Of a stretch of 64,000 nucleotides of DNA, positions 1-12,705 are shown in pieces (position 1 is the first letter of the stretch; each line of letters starts with the position of its first letter). Below the pieces are notes generated by a model, which worked only from the letters and a program-made list of their open reading frames with translations, did no database searches and was not told where the DNA came from. The stretch spans positions 375,140 through 439,139 of the forward strand of contig NW_027192204.1 of the NCBI RefSeq assembly GCF_041956535.1. The letters run 5' to 3'. The position numbers and the translations under genes were made by a program. The stretch comes from Calcarisporiella thermophila CBS 279.70. Lineage: Eukaryota > Fungi > Calcarisporiellomycota.

Positions 1-1680
1 AGGAAAAACGACGTCACGATGAGGAGCGATTACAGAAGCTCCGTGAGAAGGAGGCGGCTGAGAGACAGGCGAAGGAAGAGAAGCAGTTAATGGAGAAAAG
101 AGAGAGCGAACGAAAAGAAAAGAAGGCTAAGGAGTTGAAACAGAAAGCGGCACAGCAGCAAGACCGTGCAAAGAGTGAAGTGGATGTGAAGCCAATTGCA
201 CCTGAAAAGGAGGAAGTCGGCCAAGAGGAAATTGAAAACCCATTGGAGGCGATGACTATATTGGAAGGAGCGAATGGACAACGTGCACAAGAGCAGGATG
301 GAAAACAGAGCCTGGAAGCGGTGAAGCCACTTGATCAAAATGAGCCCAATGCCATACCACAGGCTGGCTCTAGAGTAGGCCGAGTGATTTCCCCGATCCG
401 ATCAATTTCAACTATATCGCCACCGCTAGATAGAATGACGGCGTCACCTTCCTCCTCGGCGATTTCTCCCCAGGCTCGCACTTCGACTCTGACCCTGGCT
501 CCTGTCACCACAGCTGCCTTTGAACCGCTGCGATCGCCTGTGATGCAAATATTTTCCACGTCGATCGAGCCGCAGTCATTGGTGTCTGGTTCTGGAGTGG
601 CCTCCACCGCGGCCTATCATCCCACTCCGTCCCCTCGTCCCCAAGTCAACTCAAATTTGGGCACTGGCCCAGGCACCCCCGCGCAGCTTATCGGAGGCGA
701 TTACCCCAGCCTGAAGAGTAAGGTGACCCCCCTTAGCCTGCATCCCCCCTCCACCGTGGCACCTCAGTCCCTGCCCAATCAATTTTTCAACCCAGTCAAT
801 CAAGGAATGCCGCTCTCTCTTGGCGTTTCTCCCTACGCTCCTACGCCCACCAGAACTGACTATCCGTCCACCTTGGCGCCACAGCCCCCTTACGATCTTA
901 AACCGCACCCGCATTCTAGATCCAATTCGTTTGCTTCTTCCACAAGCACCGCCGTCCACCTCGCGGGGTCAGACGCCTCTGCTTTCCACTCTATCCTCGG
1001 AAATTTGCCCAACCGCCCAGCTCCCTCCATGTACGGAACCTCCTACGCCTCCAGCTCTCCGTTTTTAAACCAGCCCCTTCCTGCTGCAGCGAGCGGTCCC
1101 GTTCCCATCGGCCACGAACGTCGGTATTCCCAACCGCCAGATGAGTCCGGGAAAAGCCCCTTCGGCACTATAGGAAATGCCAACCCGAAGCCGGCTCCCA
1201 TCCAGCGTCCACGTAGTGGCTCGAGCACGCCTCTTACCAACCCAGGGTATCCGCCCCTCAACATCTTTGGCTCGGCATTTGCTGGGGTTGCGATGCAGGA
1301 GGGCAATAAGTTGCCCGGTCCCTCTCAGCACCAGCGGCCCTCTGGACGAGATGTGATGCCGGGCCCCAGCGAAAGAAGGTCTCTATTTTCTGCGGGATTA
1401 TTTGAAAGCACAGCAGAGGGTAGAGGTACTAGAGGCAACTTGAAGTTTTCCCGTGACGCTACGTCCAGTATTTGATTAACCCCCTCCCCCCTCTTCCCTT
1501 TTCCATCTTTTTTTGAAACTCGTAGGCAAGTTCTATTCTCATCCAACCCCCTCTATGACAACCGGCGTCGACCTTCGGTACTCGCCAGCCTCCGCCTCCA
1601 CCAATCGAAACCGACCGCCTTTCCCTTCTGTCAATAATCAGTCGGGGGCAGACGTTTGGATCAATGGAACTTTAGCATAA
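1..1680 (+). CDS. 3' part of a long coiled-coil plus Pro/Ser-rich low-complexity protein (possibly Nst1-like stress response protein); 5' end outside window
   Basis: Open frame from the window start with an E/K/R-rich coiled coil, then a P/S-rich tail containing PAPIQRP. Intron 1420-1525 (GTAGAG..CGTAG) leads to a last exon ending TAA at 1680. Family assignment is tentative. Confidence 0.55.
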
Positions 1681-2047
1681 CGACCATCCCCCCGTTTCCC
1701 GAATGTTAATAGTTGAACATCTCTAATCTAAAGCTTTGTATTTTTTTTTTCTCCTTTTCTGCTCATGGACAATTAGTATAGCTTTACCCTATAATGTCTT
1801 TTTTGTTGCTCTTTTTTTTTTCCTTCATTGTATAGCAAATCTACTTTATTTTGTTTGTTAGCCATGTGAAGCGTGAAATAAATCTCCCAGCGCTGTGTTC
1901 CAAGGAATTCGAGGCCGTTCCTTAGTGAGATGAGATCGATCCATGCCTATGGAGAGAAATTGAGCCACCGTATTTTATGAAGGGATTCCAACCTCAACGA
2001 GCGCACCCTTGGCTCGATAGTTTCGATCCTCGCCAACTCGACCAGCC

Positions 2048-2643
2048 ATGGATAACACAGCGACGAGTTTCAAGTTTTGCTCAGAATGGTAGTCCTTTAT
2101 TTTTGGCTTGTTTTTTCCATGTTTTTTGTTCATCAAAGGTTCCCCGATCGGAGAGATTTCCACCGCAGATCAATTGACTGCTTCCTCTATTTTTATTTGG
2201 TTGTCTAGCAACAACATGCTGTATCCAAAGGCCGACAAGATCAACAAGATCTTACTCTTTGCCTGCCGTAACTGCGATCATCAGGAGGAGGCAACGGGCA
2301 ACTGCGTATACAGACATGACATCCAGCACGGGCCTTCGTAAATACAAACCTGGTGATGTTTTGGTTCCCGTACTGAGCCCCTGTTCCTCCTTTATAGTGA
2401 GCAGACCATGGTCTTGACCGACTTGAGTGCCGATCCCACCCTGGTAAGCTGAGTCTTCATTGTGTGAGTTTGTTGAAATGGGATCCTCACTGGGCTGATT
2501 AGCCGCGAGCCAAGGTCCCCTGCCCTCGATGCGGTCATGAAGAAGCTGTGTTTTTCCAGAGCTCAGCGCGGCGGGCCGACACAAAAATGACCCTCTTCTA
2601 CGTGTGTTGCAATAGAGTTTGCGGGCATCGGTGGACAGAATGA
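2048..2643 (+). CDS. RPB9: RNA polymerase II subunit RPB9
   Basis: Spliced (3 introns): [68 protein letters not shown]; two zinc ribbons typical of Rpb9. Confidence 0.95.
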
Positions 2644-2969
2644 GCCCATTTTCCTCTTCATCCTTGTAATTAGTTTCGTATTGTACCAATGCAATATTAA
2701 TACACCCCGTATGAGATCTCCATATTCAAGTGTCCCTTCTCCATTCTACGTCTATCCACCCCCCCTTATCCCCTCTTGGGGGGATAGCACATCGATCCCA
2801 TTCCAAGTCAACGTCACACGAGCTCCAATCCCTTTCCAATTTTAAACATTTCCGGGCCTCTTGCTGCTCAAACCCTCCTCACCAGCCCAATTTAACACTC
2901 TTCTCTCTCTGTCTCAAAACAAGGTGTTTTTGTCGCTTATTTTTCCCACTTTCCTTCAAACAAAAAGCC

Positions 2970-3459
2970 ATGAAAAAGCTACTGTTGGTGCTCCTTTGCT
3001 CCATGCTGGCGGCGAACTCCATCGTCACTGCAGCGAATAGCAATGGTATGCTCCCCCCCCATCATAAATAGGCTCTCAGTTCTGCGCCTACTCTACCTGC
3101 TGAGCTAATCAACCCCATGACTAGATCACTCTTTCATAGTGGTGTTCAAGGCTGCCACCCCTCAGTCCGAGATCAATCGAGCTGAGCAAGAAATCGTCTC
3201 CCAGGGAGGCGAGGTGCGCCACCACTACAATATGCCAGGCTTCAAAGGCTTTGCGGTGAAGTCGTCAGATAAAGAGGCCTTCACGCTGATGCAGGCCAAT
3301 CCCTACGCAAAGTTTGTGGAGGCCGATCAGGAGGGTAAGCAAAATGAGAGCCCAGATTGGGCTGCCCAGGTTAATTGCAACGGCCGATGACTAATGAGGG
3401 TCTATGTTTTTTTCTCTCTCCTCTGGCTGCCTGGTGGGATTCTAGTGCATGCCTACTAG
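2970..3459 (+). CDS. Secreted stand-alone peptidase inhibitor I9 (subtilisin-propeptide-like)
   Basis: Signal peptide MKKLLLVLLCSMLAA, two introns, then FIVVFK..GGEVRHHY..FKGFAV..FVEADQEVHAY*, matching the I9 pattern. Confidence 0.8.
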
Positions 3460-4369
3460 GGCCTGGCGGCATTCGCCTAGACTCTCCGTATTTTAATATT
3501 CGCCAAAACCTAACCCAAAAAAAAAGCATTAGTATTCCCCTCCCCCACCCGACTCCGCCCGCGGAGAACGGGCTATATAGCGATCAAGCCAAAAGAACTC
3601 AAAGACGCGCCAGTGATATGCTGGATGATCGCGTGTAATTAATCATGATCTTGTATTCAATTTTTCCCTAGTATAGCCATTTTCTATGGACAGACCCTGT
3701 TGAGATGCATTATTTATCAGGAAAAATAAAACAGCCATTTTCCTTCCCATGCTTAATCAGGCCATGTAGAGCGAGAGAGAGAGGGGGCCTCTCGGCAAGG
3801 CCCGCTTTGGCTAAGTTGCTTTCGATTTGAGACCGCGCGGGAGGCGGCGAAAGAGGGTGAGGGGGTCTTCTAGATCTGCAATCGGGCAATCGGGCGCTTG
3901 GTCGGAGGGTGAGGGGGACTGCGCGGAGGCTCAAAGCCAGTAAGACATGGCAAGATGAAATGCAAGTCGCTGCAGTCCTGTGTCTGCGTTTGGGTTTATT
4001 GATTAAGCTTCTGAGCGTTGGTGTGATCTTCTTCCCCTCTCTCCCGCTCGCCTTCTTTTTTCGTCCGCCTTGCTTCTACGCGCCAAACACAAAAGAGGGA
4101 GCAGCAAAACAATATATGTATAAATATATCTATATTCAAAACCGCTCTTGAGTGCCTGGCCTCCCCCATTCCACAGCTTTCCCCCTAGCGTTTTCCCTTG
4201 CCCATCGGCGCAATCCGCCCCTATTTTAATCCTGTTTCCGTTGCCACGCCCTCGCCATTTCTCCTTCCCCCCCCCCCCCTGCGTCGCCGTCCCCCCTTTT
4301 CCCTCTCCTCCCTCTTTCTCCCCTCCCTCCTCTGCTCCATCCCGCTATCTCTCCAAGACGCAGTAAACC

Positions 4370-5698
4370 ATGGTGAGCTGCCTCGCCAAGCCTCGTGTCC
4401 CCTCTACCCGCATCGGCAGCACCATCGACGAGAATAACATCCTCCTCACGAATCTGCTGGGGGTGGGTGCCTATGGGGTAGTATACCGCGCGCGACATTT
4501 GGGCACAGGCCGCTGGTATGCTATCAAATGCTTGCCTAAAGTGGGCGTTGATTCAAGACAGCGCGCATTTCACATCAGAGAGATCACCCTGCATACACAG
4601 GTGTCGTCGCATCAAAACATCGTCACCCTGGAGAAGGTAAAGAAAAAAAAGGAATCAATTAGAATTTAGAAGAGGCGTGGGGGTGGAACCCCACTCACTG
4701 AAAACGATCTTTCTCCTTATGCTCAGGTGGTGGAAACTTCAGAGGACCTTTACGTGGTGCTCGAGTACTGTGACGAGGGCGATCTCTTCTATAACATTGC
4801 CGAGCGCGGCCTCTTTATCGGCGATGACCAGGCTATCCGTGTCGCGTTCCTTCAGATCCTGGACGCGGTCGCATACTGCCACTCCCTGAGCGTATACCAT
4901 CGCGACCTAAAGCCTGAAAACATCATGGTCTTTAACAACGGCCGCACCCTCAAGTTGGCGGATTTTGGGCTCGCCACAACGGACAAGTTCAGCGGGGACT
5001 TTGGGTGTGGGAGCACCTTTTACCTCTCGCCCGAATGTCACACCAGTGGAAGCGGCCGAGTCGGCGCTTACTGTACGGCCAAGAACGACGTGTGGAGCCT
5101 GGGGGTGATCCTGGTGAATCTGACCACGGGCAGAAACCCGTGGCTCCAGGCCTGCCTGCAGGACGAGACGTTCGCAACCTATATGCGCTGCCCCGATATT
5201 CTTCGCGGAATGCTGCCGATCACGCAAGAGTTGGCAAGCATCCTGCAGAAGATATTCACCGTGCCGGAGGAGAGAATCTCCCTGGAGGAGCTACGCGGGC
5301 TCGTGATGGCTTGCGAGCGTTTCTACGATGCAGGGACGATCAGGATCCCTAGGAAACTTCCGGTGGAGGCACCCCTCTACATCACGGTGCCAACTCGTCA
5401 AACAGCCCCTCAACTTCCCCCGCCGCCCTCTGCTCTGCTTCCGCACCCATCTACACAACAACAACAACCTCAACATCAACATCAACAGCTACAGCATCAA
5501 TGGCAGCAAGAGCACCTCCGTCTACAACTACAGCCACAGCCACCTCAACAGCAACGCGAGCACCAGCAGCCTTCTCTTCTTCCGTCCACTCGGTCCTCCC
5601 TCCCCGGCGGACATCCCACCTCCCTCTCACATAAGCTTCATCACTTCCATCTTCCCCTCAGATTCGCAGTGGGAGAGCCCAGAGTTTCCGCACGATGA
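4370..5698 (+). CDS. Ran1/Pat1 (Sks1/Vhs1)-family Ser/Thr protein kinase with poly-Q tail
   Basis: GVGAYGVVY, YAIKCL, YHRDLKPENI, LADFGLAT, FGCGSTFYLSPEC, NDVWSLGVILVNLTTGRNPW; intron 4636-4726. Confidence 0.9.
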
Positions 5699-6097
5699 CA
5701 CATTAACCCCCTCTCCCTCCCCCCCCCCTTCTCGCCCCCGTTGATAGCTTCACCTGCTTAGCTTATTCCTTCTATAGTATACGAACATTATGGTGGGTTG
5801 TATCGTGACCTAGCATGGTCGTCTATTGTTCATCTCAAAACAAGGCTTACCCGAGCCCGTCCAACAATAGATATGCAATTGAGTAGTATCTATTTTTCAC
5901 ATTATTATCTAAATATCTAAATTCCTATCTATCGATATATCACCTCATACATTCTGGTGCCCTATCACTTTTGTGTATTTTGTTTTCCCTCCCCTCCTAC
6001 TTCATCTCTTCATGCCTTTTTTTTTTTATATCTTGTACAGTGCTCTGCTTTTTTTTTTCTCGTCTTTTTGAAATTCCATTATCTATTATATATACTG

Positions 6098-6100
6098 TAT

Positions 6101-6135
<35 letters not shown>
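6098..6135. repeat. (TA)n microsatellite
   Basis: Imperfect TA run between two convergent 3' ends. Confidence 0.85.
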
Positions 6136-6400
6136 GCGTGTGCGCATGTGCTGGCAAACTATTTTGGTGAATAAACTATAAATATTTCTTGATTTCAAGG
6201 AGAAGGGATGAATTGAGGAAATAAAGTGGTAGATTACAATACAGTAAAAGAATATAGTATAGAACTGAACATGAATAAATGGAGATTCAACAGGGATATC
6301 TTACAAAAATTTGTAAGGCAAGCTGTAGGAGAGGAGAGGAGAGCCAAACTTTCTCCTGGTAAGCACCCGAGGGTAGAAATGAAACTAAAAGAGGCCTCCG

Positions 6401-8237
6401 CTACTTTTCCTCGGCCTCCTCACGCATAGCCGGACAACTCATCAGGTCGTGGCCCCGTTCTTCGCACACCTCGCAGAAGCCTTCTGCCTCGGGCTCCTCC
6501 GGCTCCGGCTCCCGGTTCGCACCGGGGGAAGCCCCTAGCCCTCTCGCCTTGGCCAGTTCTTCCTCCAGCTCCGCCTCGCGCAGGAGCTTTGCCTCAACCA
6601 AAGTCTCGAGCTCGGCCACATCCTTATGCAGTGCCGTCACCTCTCGGGAGTGAGTGCGCTCGAGTTCGGCGATGCGGGCACGAAGCTCTCTCACCTCCTT
6701 GGCATGCTGTCTCCGCAGCTGGTCTACATCGGCGCGCATGCTGGGCGAATTGCAGTTGCGATCCTCAGGGGTGGGAGACGCTGCCGGAGGGTGCGAATGA
6801 GGGCAGCCGGTCTGAGGATGCATCCGCTCGACCTCGTCGATCAGGGCCAGGAACTCGGTCTCCATTTCCTCGTGTGCCTCGCGGAGGGAGGCGTTTTCCC
6901 GCGTAAGAAGGGAGATTTCCTGCTGGAGCTGGTGGATCAGACAACGAAGGCTCTCCATCTCGGGGGGGTCGCCTTGGAGCGCCTCCTCCCTCCCGCTGCC
7001 CCTCTCCTCCTCGTACTTCTGCTGTAGCGAATAGAGCTCATTTTCGGCCCGCTCCTTTTCCTTGCGCATGGCCTCAATGGCCTCGGCAGTCTCTCCGGCC
7101 AAATTTCGGAGCTCCTCGCACTCCTCCTGCAGTTTCTGATATTTGGCCTCCTGCTCTTTTACCTCCTCGCGCCCTTTACGCTCGAGAGCCTCGATTCGGA
7201 TCTCGTACGTGGCTATGGCCTCGCGTCCAGCCTCACGCAGTGAGGAGAGTTCACGAGCAAGTGTGGAACAGTGGGCGCAGTTCTGTAGAGGGACGGAGGA
7301 AGCGAGGTGCAAAGCCTGGGACTTTTCGATAGAGTGGCCAGAGGGTCTAGAGGGGGGGGGCAAGCGGTTTAGGGGAGGATGCACGAGACGAGGGCGGGAT
7401 CGGTTGGGATGAAGCCAGTGAGGTAAGCCTTGGGGGCAATGCCACTACGGCTGGCTTTTGCTTCATCGCTTCTTGTGATGTCTTGCGCGGCGCCGGCTCC
7501 ATGGGCGAGATTTTCGGCGAACCTGGCCTGGTCGGCAAGATGGAATGGAAGGAGAGCTTTGAAATTTTATTTGGCTTGACAAAGATGCCGGTGTTTTTCT
7601 TGCATTTGAAATACCTCACGCTGTCGTTGAAAATCAGTCGGGGTTAGCAAGGGGGTTCCAAGCGCTCAGAGAAGCAGAGCTCAACTTACCCGTCCACACT
7701 TCCGTCGTTTTTCCCCTCACCACGTCGATCCAGCTCCACTCCAGCCCACACGCCCGGTTTGAATTGGGTTGGGCCGAGGAACCGGAGAATGCCTGTCCCA
7801 AAGGCGCCCACCACCACCCTATCTCCAACGGCAAGCTCCGGCGATGGAGCCGGGGGATGCGCTTCTTCTCCCCTTTCCATACCTCCACCAACCCCACCTC
7901 CATAACCATGAACTGCCTTTGAATCCGGAAGAGGAGAATACTTGGCCTCTGGCCCGTGAGGCGACGGGGGATACTGGGAAAACGGAGGGAAGCGAGGTGT
8001 AGATACGGTGGGAGAGGTTTCCGGAGTAGACACGGCCGACGGAGACAGAGAGGGAAGCGGGGGAGAGTACAGAGGGAGGTCTTCGCAGCTGCTCGAGTTC
8101 TTGAGACGGTTGGCCCAGTATGCACGGTTTGACGCTTGGATAGGGCTGGTGTCGCTGCAAATGGAGGCAGAGCGGGTTATGAGTAGAGAGTTGCGATGGT
8201 CACGGAGGCTGGATCGTTTTGCGGAGCGCACCATCAT
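6401..8237 (-). CDS. CLIP-170/Bik1/Tip1-like CAP-Gly microtubule plus-end protein (one apparent frameshift)
   Basis: CAP-Gly GVWAGVELD..GKNDGSVDGVRYF (intron 7621-7689), long coiled coil, C-terminal zinc knuckle FCEVCEERGHDLMSCP. The frame breaks at the G9 run 7352-7360. Confidence 0.85.
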
Positions 8238-8731
8238 CAGCTGTGCATGTTATACGGAGGGAACCACGTTGAAAGAGCGACCCAGTTATCAGCCCAAGGA
8301 CAATACGCAAGGAGTGCAGGGAATGAGCGGAAAGAATGCCGTCAATGAATGCAAGGTACGAGGTGTTTTCGCCTTGCGGGTAATGGAGCGTACGGTGTAT
8401 GTGTAAGAACAGAGCCCAATGTTCTGTTTTATTTTTCTTTTCTCCCGCTGGTGATATCAAGGGAGAGATGGCTCAGGTGTTCGAAAGAATTTGGTTCTTC
8501 GGAGTTACGATCACTCATATTGGCACCAAATTAGCTGCGGATAGCCAATAGAGATCGCAGGCAAAATTAAGATAATGTATCCTAGATTACATGGATGGGC
8601 ATACAAATAGCCTGAAATAAAAAGTAATTTATTCAAGGAACACGAGTAGGACCGTTATGGGCGAGAGGGCAACTGCCAATCTACCGGGTAGACAAACCCT
8701 CTCAGGGGCTCTCCATGAAGGCCCTTCCCCC

Positions 8732-9505
8732 CTAATTCATTAATAGGCTGAGCTCTGGCTGCTCCAGCACTTGCTCCCAGGAAAATACTCGCTTTACTCG
8801 GGGCGGTAGCTCCTCCCCTTCGGGCAAGCGACTCCAGGCATAAGATGCATTGAGATCAAACAGGAGAACGTTTATTCCGGCATTGGCAACATCGAATGCA
8901 TTATGAAGGGTGTCATCTACCAGTAGCTCTGCTTTAAGTTGATGGCAGATTTCGGATTTCATACGGGGAATAGCAAGACCTTGTTCGCTCGTGGCGAGGT
9001 AATGATTTGTTAGGATCTATGGGGAAAACGATTGGGGAAAAACATCGTGGGAGATGAGAGAGGGTGCCAAAGGAGAATGCATTAGAGAGACTTACAATGT
9101 CTTCAAAAATATTCGGGAAATGGCGATCAATGAATTCCTCAGTTTGCTTTCTCACGAATTCCTGGCGGGATGTCACAACATAGAGCTTGAATCCTCGCTC
9201 TTTCAGAGTCTACATGACAATGCATCAATAATCTAGTTCAAAACTCAGGGTAGAACCCTTCATACCTTCATCGCCTCCAATGCACCGGGCACCGGCTGCA
9301 TCTCCCTAAATTCCTCGCTGACATAAAACTCTCGGACCTTGACTATACTCTCGTCTCGGCTTCCGCCCCACACTTCCCAGTAGTTGTAGGAGAAAAAGTC
9401 GGATTCTTTCAGCTGCGTTCCGTAATGAGTGTTGTGCCACTTGACAAGGGCGGCCATGGTGAGAGAGAGGCATTCGTCTAAATCAATGGCAAGTGTGCGG
9501 GCCAT
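8732..9505 (-). CDS. 5'(3')-deoxyribonucleotidase (NT5C)-like HAD phosphatase
   Basis: IDLDECL (motif I), VVTSRQ (II), KSEIC (III), LVDD (IV); two introns give a continuous frame. Confidence 0.85.
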
Positions 9506-10149
9506 CTTGTAGGTCGATCTATTATTTTGGGTTAATCTATGATTGTTATGATTTAAGTATTCGTCCTACGATACGGCCGTCATAGGGGGAGCAAAGCCTA
9601 CCCAAATTGGATCAGTCCAATGAATTTGTATCAGATCACTTAGGCAAAACCTCCAAGGCGGAATTCGATGACCAAGCCACGCCTGGGCAAAAATCAAGAA
9701 AACCGGTTGTGAAGAGATGCGATCTTACCTAAACATCCAGGAAACAACACCTATTGTGAGCGACGAGGGAAAAAACAAAAAAAAAAATAGGCCACCGTGC
9801 TTCATATAGACTCACACATATCAAGTTTCCATGGGAAGTGTCAAATTGGCCACCGCCTTCTGATTAAAGTATATGGATTTTAATTTAAGGAGGGGGGACG
9901 GCTATAATAACGATGCAGGGGAATTTGACTGTATTTGTATTATGCCGCTCATCAATTAAATAGAAACAAGTTGTTTCTCCAAAATAGCGAAGCTGCGACC
10001 AAAAAACCTTTTGCTACAGCAGGGGGCCAATCCTTCTCCAATAGCCCCTCTTTCCCTATCGGACAGCTCAGGTTGAAAGCAGCTCTCCCACTTTTTTTTT
10101 CTTCTCTCTCCTCCTTTCATTCCTTCACACAACCCAAGGTACAGGAGAA

Positions 10150-11350
10150 ATGGTGGTTGCCACGCTGACTCTTCCGAACACGCTGGAGCCGCAGGATCAA
10201 ACCCAGCGACGTCTCCAGGTAAAAAAGCAACGCGCCGAACGCCTGCTGCGGCAGAGAGAATGTCAGACTGAAAACAAGGCATGGTCGCCCATGGCCAAAG
10301 AGGAGAAGCAGAGTCCTTGTAGGGAATGGCTGGGAGGAAAAGAGAATGGTAATTCATAGAATAAATGGCTCAACATTATTTCGCTATTGCCAATGATGCT
10401 AATCCTCTGTTTCTCTCCTAGAAGCGCTTCCTATCTCGTCGTCCAACACGTCCCCCTTCTTCCGGCGATCGCAGGCTGGTGGTGCCAATCCCGCCCATTT
10501 TCTCACCCCTCCTTCCACGCCCTCTTCTACTCCAGGCAGCAACCCGGCCTCAGTCGCACACCTGCGTGACCAGATCTCACACCGCGCCAACTATCTCGAA
10601 ATTCGGAACACGTTTCTAGAGCAACAAAATTCCCAGCTAACGAAGGAACTGACGCACGCAAGAACCACAGTGCAAGCGCTGAGACAGGTGGTCGCAAACA
10701 AAGAAGAACTACTTGAAAGCGTGATTGAAGAGCTTGCCGAGACAAGGGTCAGGCTGGAGGCGCTGGAGGATGCGCTCATCGAGGAAATGGGGCAAGAAAA
10801 TGGGGCCGTGGGGGAGGAGAGCGGGGTGGAGAGCGGGGTGGAAACACAAAAGAAGAAAATATCGAAAGAGCTAGGCAAGGGGAGGGAGGAAAGCGGAGAG
10901 TGCAGTCCTGATGAGGCGGATACCGCCGTAGAGAATTATTTCCTAAGTAACTCCAGGACGTTTGAGGATATCTCAGAAGTAGAAGAGGAGGATGAGGGAG
11001 AGGAGGGAGAAGGAGAAGGAGAAGAAGAAGATGCAGGAGCAAGTTTTGAGGACTTCGAGGACTTCGAGGACTTCGACATCAGCGATAGTGGGACCTATGA
11101 ATCATCTGAAGAGGAGTCCTCCAAGGCTGACATGGATATGTTTTTTGATATCTTCGATCTCTTTCCCACCCCAATCAACAACCAACCCACTCCTACGCCC
11201 AAACCCGCTCCCAAGGGGGAAGCTGAACAGACTACAAAGGCAGATATTTTTGCGCGCAGTCGAACTCGGTTCAAACTACGCTTCATCAAGTCCCGAACCC
11301 AGCACCGGAAGATGCTCTCTGTAAATAGTGAGGCACTAGAAGTGCAATAG
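10150..11350 (+). CDS. Hypothetical coiled-coil protein with acidic region
   Basis: Exon 10150-10348 joins via intron 10349-10421 into the frame of ORF 10670-11350; heptad-rich segment then D/E-rich tract; no recognised domain. Confidence 0.65.
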
Positions 11351-11951
11351 TGGCTGACGTTTGTGTTGTATTTTTATTTTTTTACTTACGAGAGATATTT
11401 GCATAGTTTTAATCTAATGGATTCCTTTACCATTGTAAATACGACATTTTTTTTATTGTCTGATAGATTTAGGAGTAAGCACTCTACAGACAACCCGAAT
11501 TGGTTTATTTCTTTTTATGTTCCATGCTTGTTAGGGCAATGCGTTTGCTTAATTTAATGAGATTGAAGAGTTTTATACACCCTTTGAAGAGTGAAGTGCT
11601 GGCTCACCTTGGCTCTGCCATTCGAAAGAAAACATCAATTCGGCGGATTGTTGAGAGAGAATCTTCAAAACGAAGCAGTGTATTTGACGACTTTTGGCCT
11701 ATAATGCTAAGAAAATCGCAAGGGAGCCTTGTCTAGAGGCTGACGATTGTGATATTATACATTGTGTTTACCCACATCTTAGAAAAGTGGGCACATGCAT
11801 AATCGTACTAGTGAAGGAAAAAATATACCAACGCGATAAGAAAGTTTTAGAAGATAAGAATAGAGTTCAAGTTTTATTTTCCCAAATATGGTCAAATTAA
11901 TAATGCAAATTAGAAGCTTAAATGTTTTTTCCAAAAAACGCGGTCGCAGAA

Positions 11952-12024
11952 GGTCGTATGGCCAAATGGATAAGGCGCCTGACTACGAATCAGGAGATTC
12001 CAGGTTCGACCCCTGGTACGATCG
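11952..12024 (+). tRNA. tRNA-Arg(ACG)
   Basis: 73-nt cloverleaf: GGTCGTA/TACGATC acceptor stem, CCTGA-CTACGAA-TCAGG anticodon arm, GGTTCGACCC T loop; T-run downstream. Confidence 0.95.
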
Positions 12025-12705
12025 GGCATTTATTTTTCATTTTGTCATTTGTAATACAAACAGACGTGCAAGATCGATTTTCGTGCATTGCATAAATTGG
12101 TGTTCTTGATGCATGCTTTTTGATAAGCTCGGGTTCAGGCTTAGGCCGCCCATTCTTATGGATGAAGGGCTGCTTAGGTAAGGCTCAAGGGCGATATGGC
12201 CAGCTAGGAAAATAATTTTGGAACCACAAACGATATAAGTGGGTTTACTATTTCAAGCCATTGGTAATATACGTGGCCGCTCATGTTGAGTAATTGACAA
12301 ATGCATCGTACATACTGCAGTTTGCAAAATGGCTAGTCTATTGTTTGTGGTTTAGCTGTGCAAACGATGTACCCCAGACGAAACTTCACGCTGTCAAGAG
12401 AAATGTTTTGGTTATCTAAACCCAAAATTATCTAACCACAAAATTCGTGGAGAATAGGCCGGGCTTCCGTTCAATCGAATTGGGACTGCCGGAGAATTCG
12501 CCTGAATCCAATAGGGGCTTTTAAAGGATATTTTAAAATCCCCTAATGATTTATAAGAACCTAACCTTAGATTGCATGCTCTAATCCAGTCTACACTTGT
12601 TTATTCATTTCATACCAGAGGGTTGCTGAAATAACCTTGCAACAGAAGGAAAACGTTGTGTATATGTATATGTGTATATGTATGCATGAGTAGAATATCA
12701 TCGCC

